Positions 22,267 to 34,070 of a stretch of 64,000 bases of DNA are shown here, one piece after another. The stretch is from Podarcis bocagei (Eukaryota), in NCBI GenBank assembly GCA_964188305.1, contig OZ076886.1; one strand, given 5' to 3'. Within the stretch, counting starts at the first letter, position 1, and each line of letters opens with the position of its first letter. The notes beneath the pieces were generated by a model. It was given only the letters and a program-made list of their open reading frames with translations. It was not told the origin of the DNA and did not search any database. Made by a program: the position numbers and the translations under genes.

Positions 22267-25110
22267 GTGAGTGGCAGTCTGCTGAACATGAACTTTTGTG
22301 GGTGTGTGGAGGTGGGAGGGGAGCCTCTTACATACCCCCCACCCCACCCTGTCACCAGCAGCCAGAACGTAACACTTGCATGTACATATACTTCACGTTG
22401 AAACAGGCAAAAATACAGGTGCTCAGCTATGGCATCTTCCAAATATTTTAAACCATGCCCACTTACCTCCCCTGACCAGCCCTGCGTTGCACCACAATAT
22501 AGAGATCTTTTTTTAGGTTTCCTAACTTAAGGCAAGTTTTTAATATGGCTTTCTCCACTGACCCCTGGGAACCAAAACTCCCTGAGGGTGTGGAAACATC
22601 TTTGTCGGAGTTCCTAGCCCATAAGACACGGGAGCCACATTTAATTCCATGTGTAGCGTGGTGCCCACTCTTATTTCTTACTGAATATTTCCATCCCCTT
22701 CTTTCTCCTTCTGTGTCCTACTCTCTCCGCCTCCACATTTTTTCCTCATCTTTAAAACTTTTTGAAGCCAAGGGGGGAAAAGAAATGTCAGCACTGCTGG
22801 TGCAGCCCACTTTGGGTTGGGTTGTAACCCACCTGGGTGTCCTCATCCACCTGTTGAGAACCAGCGCCCAAGATCCTTCAGCCATGGCAGTGAAAGCCAT
22901 TTTAGGTGTACAGTTTAGATATGTTCACATACACCTGGCATAAGAAATAGGGTTAAGTTTTAAAGTTGAGCCCAAGACTCAGCGTGCAGAGTTCTTCTTG
23001 ACAAGATTAATAGTGGCAGGATAAATTGTCAGCTCCTAGATAGGCTTATAGAAGTCAAAGCATTGGTTAGATCTGTTGGGTACAGAAGGAACCACACTTG
23101 TTCCATGATATCTAATTTAGTGACTCCATGGAAAAGATGCTCTATTGGGGGACTTCTTCCTGCACTAAAATAAGATCCAGCCGTCACCCCCAATCTCATT
23201 CTATTTCTAAGCAATATGTAAAAGTCCTTCAGATTTAATTATTTTCTTTACACATAGCTAGCCTGGTTAGTAACATAACGAAAAAGCATGTTTGAGACAT
23301 GTTTAATAATTCCTTGGCTTAGCCCTGGTATCACATTCCCCACCTTACTTTTTGTTACTAACCCCGGGTATGCCTTGTGTGTCTCTTTGCTGTTTCATTG
23401 ATCTTTTTGCCCCACTGGGTTTCATCAGTGTGAAAGTTCATGTTCACTCTACGCCAGCAAATTTCTTGTTTTTCTTTTCTTAGCCCATGCTTCCACCCTT
23501 TCCATTTCTCTGGGTTGCTGAAATGGCTGTAAATTTTACTGACTGACCTTTAAGGGTCTGGACAAAACTGAATAGGGGGGAATAGAATCATGCATTATAG
23601 TTGAGCAAATTGGCCTTGCCTGGTCCAGGATTAATGAAAATTAAAGATTTGTTGGTTTTTATTTCCAATGAATGGAAACCATGGGCACAATTCTGTGCCG
23701 GTTCATTGAAATATAAGGGTCTTGTGCACCTCTGCCCTGGATGGATTGCATTCGTGTGTCCCACCCAGAGAGGACTTGGAACACTTACCTAGTGTGTGTT
23801 TTAATTTCTGTTTATTTTAATAGGATTTAAGTGTTCCTAACCTCTTCTGGCTTATGCCCCAAATCTTTAAAATGCAGGTGCATCAGACTCGTCCTCCCAT
23901 GTCAGTAAATTTGTTGTCATTTGTAACACCATAGCAACCCATCTCTTGCTTATTTTGCCTTTCGCTAAAGCTTTCAAGGCTGTAAACTTGAGATACCTGA
24001 AAGAATCTTTCTTGGTTGGTCTAATTCACTGCTTCGGAGAGGGAGAGCTTTCTCACATAGCTGCTAGCAAGCTAGCTCTCTTCCTCTGTTGTGCTGTCCC
24101 TCTGTGTAATTTATTTCACTTGGGAAATTCTGCAGTTAATCCAAGCTTTGCTCTGCAAAAGCATATGTGCCCGCAGATAAGAGACCCTCTAACAATAGTG
24201 GCAAATGCCATCTTTCTTCTGGGGCAGGAATTGTTTGAACACAGCCACATGCAAGGTCATTTATAGTTCCGAGGTTAAAATATTGCACCATATTATGTCC
24301 TTGCAGTGTTGGTACCTTCAAGCAATCATGGCTCTGTGTATAAGCCCAGACCCGAGCAAAATCTTAACCAAATGCCTTGCTAAGTACAATTTAGTGCGTA
24401 TCCATAACCCTTCAAATTGTGATCTTTTAAACTGGGAAATCCTGCTTCAGTCAAGCAAGCTATTAGAGGGCAGTAAAATAAATCACTGGAACATTTTTTT
24501 CAGGGGTCTTAAAATGGCTATTGGGCAGTGAGGAACCAGAGAACAGAGGCTGACACATGCAACCCATCTTATTCAATAAAGTCACCAGTATGGATATAAT
24601 AATGTCCTTGAATTTCTTGAAAACTGCATACCTGGTGTAGTGGATAAGTGTTCCAAATATAGCATCAGGTATCAGAACAGTGGTTGCAGTTCTATCAGAA
24701 GAACAAGAAGTGGGGAGGAGGAATGACATGTTGCGCAACATATTTCACAGCTGAGCTATTTAAAGCTGCCTAGACCCTGTGAAATAGCAGGCTTGTCAAT
24801 GAGTTTTTGAATAAGGAAAGAAAAAAACAGTAGCTTAATATACTGTGCAATATGGTGCAAATTGGTAAAAAAAAAAAAGGCTTTGTAATGCATCTCTGTG
24901 CTTTTAAAGTGAACAACAGTGTGCATTAATGACAGCATGTGAACTATCATGCAAAATATTACTTTTAGCAAATCCTCCCTCTTCCCGCCCCCCAAAAAGT
25001 CCATCATTGCAGATAAATCTCCATAACATTTGATGTCAGGTTTTTTTGTTTGTTTTACTTTTAGGAAAGCAAAACTTTCTCATATTTAAAGGCCTATATT
25101 ATGGCAGTTA

Positions 25111-25477
25111 GGGGACACGGGTGGCGCTGTGGGTTAAACCACAGAGCCTAGGACCTGCCGATCGAAAGGTCGGCGGTTCGAATCCCCACGGCGGGGTGAG
25201 CTCCCGTCGTTTGGTCCCAGCTCCTGCCTACCTAGCAGTTCGAAAGCACCACTAAGTGCAAGTAGATAAATAGAGACCGCTTTCTAGTGGGAAGGTAAAC
25301 GGCGTTTCTGTGTGCGGCGCTGGTGGTGGCTCGCCAGATGCAGCTTCGTCACGTTGGCCACGTGACCCGGAAGTGTCTTCGGACAGCGCCGGCCTCTTGA
25401 GCGAGATGAGCGCGCAACCCTAGAGTCGGTCACGACTGGCCCTGATGGGCAGGGGTACCTTTACCTTTTACCTTTTT
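25111..25477 (+). mobile_element. Full-length Sauria SINE
   Basis: GGGACACGGGTGGCGCTGTGG head, GGTTCGAATCC B box, ACCTTT tail, TSD core TATGGCAGT on both sides. Confidence 0.9.
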
Positions 25478-28400
25478 ACTATGGCAGTAGTTAATGAGTT
25501 AGCTACCGACCAACTTAATGTAGCAGTGTCTCTTATTCTTCCTGTCTCTTATTTCATCACATAACTGCAGCAGTGGGAGAGCATTATGAGATATTTCTCT
25601 AAATGTGTTGTAGTGGAACTTACTCCCTAGCATACTTGGTTGTAGAAAAGCTTCCAAACCCAGAACCTTGGCTAAATTCAAGAATTGCTTTAGATGAAAG
25701 ATCACATCTTTATCACATCCCAGCTGTTATCTGCATAGACATAGGAAGTATTCCCTAGCATTGCCTGCAGTGCTTCTTGAACTGCAGGAGTGGAAGCTGG
25801 GCATCAGGAGACCTGTGGAATAAATTACTATACAGTCACCAGAGGTGTCATCGCCTCCTCTGGCTTGCATACCTTTTGCTGCTTGCAGGAATCTTTTGCA
25901 GATCCCCCACCCTTCACTCTATGCAACAGACGAAGCCAAGTCCTCTTTTTCCCCTAGCTGCAGTGTGTTATTGTGCAAACCCATGCTTTGCTTTGCAGCC
26001 AGTCAGGAAGCAGCATGTACCTGCTTCCATGGTGCACAAGCTATATATGTAAAGCAGAATGGGGAATGAGACTTTTTGAGTTGCCTATTCGCAGATGCTG
26101 TGCCCTTGAGCTTTTTGGTATATGGCTGGAGTAATGCTGTGCCTGGCTGATCTAATGGCAGGGGTGCATTTCTGAAGTTGTCCTCTTGTTTCCCTCACAC
26201 TCCATTTCCTTCACCCCAAAGTTTGAACTCCTAAAAACAAAACAAAAAAGCACTTCTAGGTACTCCACTTCAGTTTATCTGAGGAGGGCAATCCCGCCCC
26301 AGCTTAGTCTCTTTGTTTTAAGGATTTTTAGTCTCTGGGTTCTCTCCCCCTTTTTAAAGAGTGAATAGGTACAAAGGTAAGTACGGGAGATGGAAAAGCA
26401 AAGTATTAATTTTGAATCTGCAATAGTTGGCTTAGGGCTTGTCCGCACTGGGTTTTAATGTGGGTTTGTAGCTGTTTGTGTTCCCAATTGATTTGCATAT
26501 AGTGCACATGACATTGCCCTCACACACACCAGTCTTGATGCTTTTCCCTTATAAATTTTGGCTTATTCGACTTAGCCATCTATGTATATATGTATTCTTT
26601 AGATCACTCAAGATTTGCACAAACCAAAAAACTGCACAAGCAAATTTACTATTGTTTAAGTACTTTTGCACACTTCTTGGGCGGGGAATACATATATAAC
26701 GAAGTGGACACACAGCTATCTGTGCACATGCTCTGTCAGCACTTAATTCGCATGATAGAACCAACAAATTAGAAGGCAGGGACAAACGCAAAAGGGAATG
26801 CCTACTGATGTGGTTAATAGCCAGATGTAGTGGCCCAGTTGTGGGACTAAATAATTCTCAGATGTTGATAAAAACAACATAAGAGATGCAGAAGAGAATA
26901 AAGACCACTTCTTTCAGGTGTACATGCCAGAGAGCAAAATACAGAAATGGTGTCAAATACTGTTGCATGTTTCCCTTCTAAATATCATGTGTATATGGGA
27001 AGTGGAAGGCAGCAAACCAGTCCATGCATGTATTATTTGTTATTCAAAAATCTCTGTTTTGTGTTTCCCAAGTAGCAAAAAAAAATAAAAATGGTACAAA
27101 CAGGGCCTTTAATTGGCAACTGGGCAAGTGGTAATTCACTCAAACAGCTTGATGAGCATGGCTAGCTGGCAATGATCATGTTGGCCCATCTCAAGGGATT
27201 GTGCTGCAGCTATCACAGGGCCAAATAGTGTTCCTTTGGCACCCAGTAATAGGTAAATGTTTATAGTTTGTTGTGTGTCTCCAGCTACGCATTTTGCTCT
27301 GCTGAGATAGTCTCCCAGCTACAAGCAGAATACTCAGGGGGAATTGTTTATTGAGCTCTTAACATGGATACCCCTGAGCCATTGTTAACAGGGTATATGC
27401 ACATCTGGTGTATTCTAGAGGCTACACTACACAACTGTGCTTTCCAGTTATGGCCAGACAGATCTTAGCTGTTGCTTCTTTCTGTGTTAATCCATAATGC
27501 TAATTGAAACTGCCCTATGTTTAAACATGAAGGTCCAAGAATGTGGGGCACAGGATAGCTTACACTTCTTGCTTCTTTTTAGGTTCCGTGCAAAAGTCAA
27601 AGTGTAGCGACCTTAAATCTTGGATGGCAACACTTTGGTCTTGCAATTTGTTTTCCCAACATTAATGTAAGCTGCTTTGGGAATCCCTTTTGAACATAGG
27701 GCATAGATTTTACTACTAAATGAATAATGCTGGGGTCTCATGGAAAGCTAAGAGTAGGTCTTCCATGCATCAACCGTACCACCTAACATTTAGCCCAGAG
27801 AAAAGTTAGCTTGGCCCATTCAAAATGCTATGTCCCATGTCTGCCTTTGGGGGCTATGTCTGATGGATTGTGCCCCCCCCCCCGCAATCTGCTGCCAATT
27901 CTGTGCTATAGAATGTATAACAATGTTATATTGTGACATCATTGGCCATGCAAGAGGCAGGGAATCTCTCTGGAATTGTTGGCTCTCCTCTTAGCATGCT
28001 TTACGGGTTTAATGGCCTAGCTTGCCACCAAACTGTGGTCTGGACCAACAATATCTATGATGGATGTGAGCTGTTTTACAGGGGTAGAGCTCAAATTGAG
28101 TTGGGCTGCAAGGATTAGCTTGCTGCAGCACCGTTCTAGAGCGTCCAGCCCTCTCTTGAACATCCATTAATCAAGGGCCCCTGCTTCCCATCCCATCTGC
28201 TTTAGAAATGTTTCTGTGGAATAAAACAGCCTTTGGATTAAACCTATGCTCTGTCCCATGCTTCTTGTAGACACCTTGGGTTGGGTTCCATCCCTTTGTG
28301 ATAGGCTACTCACAGTAACCAAGACTTGCTTGGAAATTGCCACTGACTTGGAACACAATTCCTAAGAGTTTCAGCACACAGGCTTCTATGTCAAATCTGC

Positions 28401-28570
28401 TAGGTTGGCATTAGGGATTACAACGTAGAAGATAGTTTTTGTTTTGTCCCTTTTTGTGCTCTCTCTCTTTCTCTTTCTCTTTCTCTCTCTCTCCGTTGCA
28501 TGCATTTGCATTTGTGTTGTCTGTCCTTTCTCTTGTTCACCATTTGCTTCTGGTCTTTCCTACTAAACAG

Positions 28571-28611
28571 CTGCAGTTCCGGAATCCTGCCCCATAAGCA
28601 TTGAGGAATAG
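28571..28611 (+). CDS. RNF157: RNF157 alternative 41-nt cassette exon giving a short C-terminus (AAVPESCPISIEE*)
   Basis: ~130-nt pyrimidine tract, aacag acceptor, in phase with exon 18, ends TAG|gtatga. Peptide resembles the MGRN1 alternative C-terminus ALGPDSCSVGIDE as I recall it. Confidence 0.75.
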
Positions 28612-29169
28612 GTATGAGATTTGCGAAGTCCTCTGCTGCTCACTTCGTCTGAATAAACCTAGATTTCATTTTGCAGTATAATCTTTCTCTCTAAGGCTTT
28701 GTTTGATCAAACAGTCCCCACCCCCTACACACTTTTTTTGAAAAAAGGAAGGATTGCCTCTTGCGCATGAAATATTGGCAGGGGCAAGTGATACTTAATC
28801 ACTTCTTGAACCAAAACACAAGTGCATAATGGGCTTTCTTAACTCATTGGTTTAAATGACTTTTAAAAGCCAAGCTACAGAATCTGAGGCTGCAATCTTA
28901 CACATGCTTACCTAGAAGTAATTGCCATTGAACCCCGTGAAACTGACTTTTGAGCAGACATGCACAAGATTACACTGTAAGGCAAACCATGTGCATCTAT
29001 TCATGACCAATAGAACTGTGCCCGGGTGCATTTTTCTGTTTCTAGCCATGTACTGGTTACCCAGGCTATTTCATGTTCAGGGACTAAGTCCACAAATGTT
29101 ACGAAGGGTGTAGTGGGATGGATTTTAGTTTACATGTACTGGGGCAATTATTACCCACCACAACTCTTG

Positions 29170-29420
29170 ACTCTCTTTTGCCATAGGATAGGCTGCTAAA
29201 AAATACAGGTTCCAGTACCAATCCTTGGGGGATTCCACCTTCTACATCCCTCCATCCCTGCTCTCTACTTCCTGTTTCTTGATCCACAACAGGACCTCTC
29301 TGATTCCATGACAGCTAAGCTTACTCGGGAGCTTTTGGTGAGGTAGCTTGTCTAAAGCTGCTTGAAAGTCCAAGTGCACAATATCAACCAGATTCCCTCT
29401 CTGTTATATCTATCTATTAA
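29170..29420 (-). mobile_element. Degenerate CR1 LINE reverse-transcriptase fragment
   Basis: Minus strand encodes VDIVHLDFQAALDKLPHQKL and WRDVEGGIPQGLVLEPVFF, decayed versions of the CR1 RT motifs YLDFxKAFDKVPH and SGVPQGSVLGP. Confidence 0.8.
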
Positions 29421-31004
29421 TCTGACTACAGAAATATATTCACTGTTTTTGTCTTGTGCGCTCAACCACTTTGATTAGCAAATGCCCATAAAATGTTTCC
29501 TTCGCAAGAGTGCAAAAAGACTAACGCTGCTGAATTGACTAAATTTGACTATTCAAAAGGTTGCTGTGAACAATGAACTTTCATTCCTTGTGCTATCACA
29601 TCACAATTAACTTTACATTTCAGCAAGGGCCCATTCCCGAATGAAGGGGGAGTTCTCATACTTCAAAGATTAAGTCCAGGAGGGAGGGAGATAACCGTTG
29701 CTGGATATTTGGTTTCTATATAATAGTTGCACTTTCTCTCTGCGCAGCAATGATTTCCTAATGAAATCCCTGCAAAGTGTATGAGATTTAGAGCTGTTTT
29801 GCAGGAGTTAATTGCCTCATTTAGCATATAACTATGCTGTAGGCTGGCAAGTGGTTTTCTTTCTTTTTTTTGTTTAGTACAAATATAATGCCTTGGGGTC
29901 AAATTAAAGCACATGAAAGATGTACTTAGTTGCTTCCTGTAGTAAATGAAAATCCCAGCTTATAACTTATGGCATTTCTTGGCTGTAGGCTCCATAGATG
30001 CCAAATAATTAAAATGTCTACTTTTTATTCACTGCATCAAAGATGAGAATATAAATAGCTGCGCTGTGCCCAGGGCGGCTATTTTCATACTTGGGCTATA
30101 GCTAAACTAAGATAAGTTAGAGTTATAGGGAATGATGTACAGCACTCTGTTAAAATGGTCCTGTTATGTTATCACCTTCCTAAGTCTGTCCGTCTGTGAT
30201 CACAGAACACAGGCCTGGGCCAATAGGGCTGTTCTTACGGAATGGAAGGTATCAGAATGTTCTTAGAATGAAGAGCCTCACGGGCAATTCCTTTTACTAA
30301 ATCCAGCAACCATTTGAAGATATTCTCACAGTGTGAGGCTGCTAAGTTTAGGAAGGGACCTAAGATACTTCCAGACACCATCTGCCTGTGCTTATATGGA
30401 AGACATTTGTGGGCATGCTTTGTGTACTTGGAGAAACTTTCATTTTGTTTGAAACCACAGCAGCTTCCATATTCACACTTGTATGGGTAACCTGTCAAAC
30501 CTGCAGTGAAGATACTACAAACAGCTAGTTATGTTGGCTGGCTTGTCCAATTTTTCATGATCACCTGGAGGACCTAAGAGCATGATAAGTTTCCTTTTCT
30601 TTAAATGGATGGTTAAAGTGGTAGAAGAAATTATGACAAACCTCCATTAATATATTTTAAGTGCAGGTAGGAAAAGGTAAATGTTTTTAAAAAATAAAAT
30701 AAAAATTAGTTTTACCGAAATTCAGATATACCTTGTAACAAATGTCAGTGTTACAGAATGAACCCAGGGCTCGATGAAGACCTAAAATGAGTTCTGTAAA
30801 AACTGCCACCCCTAGTTATTGACCGTTATGAAGAACCAGTCTTTCAGTACTCTTGCCAGAGTCTGTAGACCACTACATCTATTACTTGCCTAAATTTTAA
30901 AGCACAAACCTCTTGTTTTTCCATTCTTTGGCGCTGGTATTCTGCTTCCTATTATCCCGCTAAGCTCTCGCCAATAGTATTATCCATTACTTTTCTTCTC
31001 ATAG

Positions 31005-31135
31005 GTATCCAGGCGTCAGCTGACAATCTTCTGAATCACAGCCAGACCCTGAGGCGCCACTTTTCTGCCAGCAGCATCAACCTGGAGTACGATGAAGATT
31101 TGCAATGCATGCTGGGACTTCTGTGCCCTCGATGA
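31005..31135 (+). CDS. RNF157: RNF157 last coding exon (GIQASADNLLNHSQTLRRHFSASSINLEYDEDLQCMLGLLCPR*)
   Basis: ttttcttctcatag acceptor, in phase with exon 18, stop TGA at 31133-31135; resembles the mammalian ADN...RRRLSSSSLE tail. Confidence 0.85.
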
Positions 31136-34070
31136 TGTTGCATTGTGTGGAGAGGAAAATCACAGCACTGAACATGTTTCCCTAAAACACTTAAAGCAGC
31201 AAAGCTGTGGGCATTACCCCTGTCAAACCCTGCAGATGATGTGACATTGTTTTAAACACCACACATGGTAGCCAAGAATCCACCTTGCCCTTGTAATCAT
31301 TCTGTGTTAAAACGAACACACAGTAGGACTGGCTGAATGGCTTCAGTTGGGTTCAGATGATGGTTGCCTCCATAAACTTTGATGCTTTGTCTCCTGTTAT
31401 TATCTTGTCAACTCAGCATTCCCTATTCTCTGCTGATCTTTGTCTTTATGGTGTAACCGAATAATTGTTTGGTAATTGCCATAACACCCATTTCCCTTTT
31501 TTAAAAAAAATCAAGGAATTAATGCTGCTTCACCTATTTATAATTCTTGACAGGTGCATGTAGAATGTGTACCTGTAAAAATGTAATGTACACAGAGGAC
31601 AAATTCATACTTGCAAACGAATGCATTGGCACAGCTCCCTATCACATCCACGCAGTGTGGAAGACATGTATTTGATGCCACCTAATACATGCAGCAAACC
31701 TGATAGCAGAAAAATGAGATTATAGTTCCTTCACCCATTCTACACTCACCCTGAAGTCTTTTGAGCTGCCTGGATAATGATTCCAGGTCACAACTAAGCA
31801 ATCAATATGGGGGATATGTAGTATCCATTATTCTTCAAGATCTGGGCTGAATTCTGTGCTGCATAGAAGTGGCAAGATCTAGTACAAAGGGTTTCCCCCC
31901 CCCCCTTAAAATATGGAACATCTAGCAGCTGTATCTTAGAATGGGGGAGAGAAATGGTAAGCAGACAGCCAGTCAAGAGAAAATGACAAAAGAGATTCAT
32001 TATGTGAAAATACAACACTGCCCTAGTGGCTGTTTCTGCTAATTTTGGATCCCATGAGAGGTGACAGAACAGGTGAAGTTAGGCATGTGGACTTGTGGTT
32101 GGGAAAAGATTAACTGGCACCAAGTTAGAGGAGCGTTAGTAAGTGCACTTGTAAAGTGATATTATTAAGGCAGACTGTCCCTTAAACTTCATGCATGGCA
32201 TTACTTAAAAGTGCAGTCTTCCCCCTATGTGATAAAGGCCTTTTAAAGGCATCATTAGCTATGCATTTGTTCACTGTTAATGGTCTTGGTTTCCTTGGTG
32301 ATGAGTGTACACAAGTCCTGCTGAAGCCAGCAGTTCCCCAGTCATTTTAACAAGCTGTCCATCCCAGCAGTCGAATTTGGTCTTTGGTTGGGACCCACCT
32401 GTTGAGTCGAAATTCTCATCCTTCCTTGTGCTGCATTGTCAAGCCTCCCCCTACTGTGCAGAGGCTAGTTGCCAGCAGTCTGGTGAATCACCAACACAGT
32501 CGTTTTAGAACCTGCTGTTTGAGAATATTTGCACTAAAACCATTGGAAGTTTTGCTGTTCTTGAATTGAGGGTGTGATTTCTAGTACACCCTGGCAAAAA
32601 AAAAAAGAAAAAAGGAATGAACATAAAGTGGCATTTGAGCAATTGCAACTGGGGGATGGAGTGGGGATGAGTGAAGCCTTCTCTTGGTCAGGTAAGGTTA
32701 GATTGGTGGTGGGTTTTTTGAGCTGGGCTTGACTACTCTCGCCTCCTACCACTCTCATTCCTTTAGCTCTTTCCTACTGTAGAACAAAATTAATGGTGTA
32801 GCACAAAGATGGCTTCACAAGTCTTTCTGGGCAGACTCCTTTGATCCTCCAGAAGGAGGAGAGCAGGTTACATCTTTAGCTTTGTGTTAACCGGCCCCCA
32901 TCATCAAAGACAAAGACTTTGTCTCAGGCCTTTCTGTTGCATCTTCCTGTGTATGGTCAAGCAAGAAAACATTTGTGTTGCATTGTCTTCACCAGCAACA
33001 CACCCTTCAATATTCCATTTCCCTGTCTACTTTTTGTTTCTCCTTGAAGGAGGGGAATGAGAAGAATGCTGGACACTTTTCAGTTTTTCTGGAGAACATC
33101 AGTTGTGTCTTTAGAAACAACAAAGAGGTATTGCGTCCCAAGTGTGCACATAGTTATTTTGTCCACCCTACCCCAGCTGGTCAGTCAGGTTTTTCTGTAT
33201 AATCTGTTTACAAGAGACAAAGGGGTAAATATACACACCTTCCACTGTGAAATGCCTGTCACGTGGCTCTGGCCTTTACTGTAATTGACTGGTGGTCATG
33301 ACAAAACTCTACAACCGGAGACCTTGGATACAGCCTTTAACCTGCTAATTACCCACATGGAGGAGCTTTCAGTATGGGAGTCTTGGGAAAATGGTTGTGT
33401 GGTCTTGGGAGTCTTCACAAGGGATAGTGGGGCTGGTGAACACCAGAAATGCTTGTTTTAGTTAAATTAATCAAGCTCTCCTCCCACTGCTCCACCAATA
33501 AGCCTGTTGTAGGATAAAGTGCATTTTCTCAAGATTTACCTCAGCATTCAAAACGCTGTATGAAGCAAGACCTGAAGACTGGGAAAAGCAATAACAAGAA
33601 AAATAGGACTGGCATAGACAGCATGGTTGTGTGTTTTTCCTCAGTTCCCTCACATACCCCTCTGAAGCAAACTCTTGTTTATGTTCCAGAGATTTCTCAG
33701 AAAATTGTAATAGTGGCAACGTGGATGGAATGTGGGGTGGGGTGGGGTTACTGAGGAGAAATGTATTTTCTTTTTGTTCGTTCCCCCCTTTACAGGGGTG
33801 GGGGGAAGTCAAAGGCAACAGAAATTGCAGGTGCAAGATGGTGTCCATCTGAATTTGTTACTGTGAAGCAGGCACGTGCAGCAGGGAAGCAAGTTGTGCC
33901 CCATGCAGGAGTACAGTCAGACTGTTCTTAATGGGTGCACATGCCACAACATAGGACTATGGAACCTTCTAGACACGCTTGTGTGCACCTCAGTGGCAGC
34001 AATGCAATATGTATTTATGACTGCATGACTCTTTAAAAGAGTGAATAAAGCTGTTTACAAGGGATGGACA
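31136..34070 (+). other. RNF157: RNF157 3'UTR (~2.9 kb)
   Basis: Repeat-poor stretch from the stop codon to the polyA signal; the end point is approximate. Confidence 0.6.
34044..34049 (+). terminator. RNF157 polyadenylation signal AATAAA
   Basis: AATAAA with an upstream TGTA/U-rich element and a downstream GU-rich tract (tgtttgtgtgtgtc). Confidence 0.7.

Larger units (their letters stand above)
2465..31135 (+). other. RNF157: RNF157 gene span (5'-partial; coding exons 3-19), E3 ubiquitin ligase of the MGRN1 family
   Basis: 17 exons with canonical AG/GT boundaries and compatible phases sum to 1860 nt of open frame. They encode FPYAAPPPQEPVKTLRSL, YLLQEIYGIENK, a RING finger and the Ser-rich tail. 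Tandem position just upstream of FOXJ1 matches the known RNF157-FOXJ1 synteny. Confidence 0.97.
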
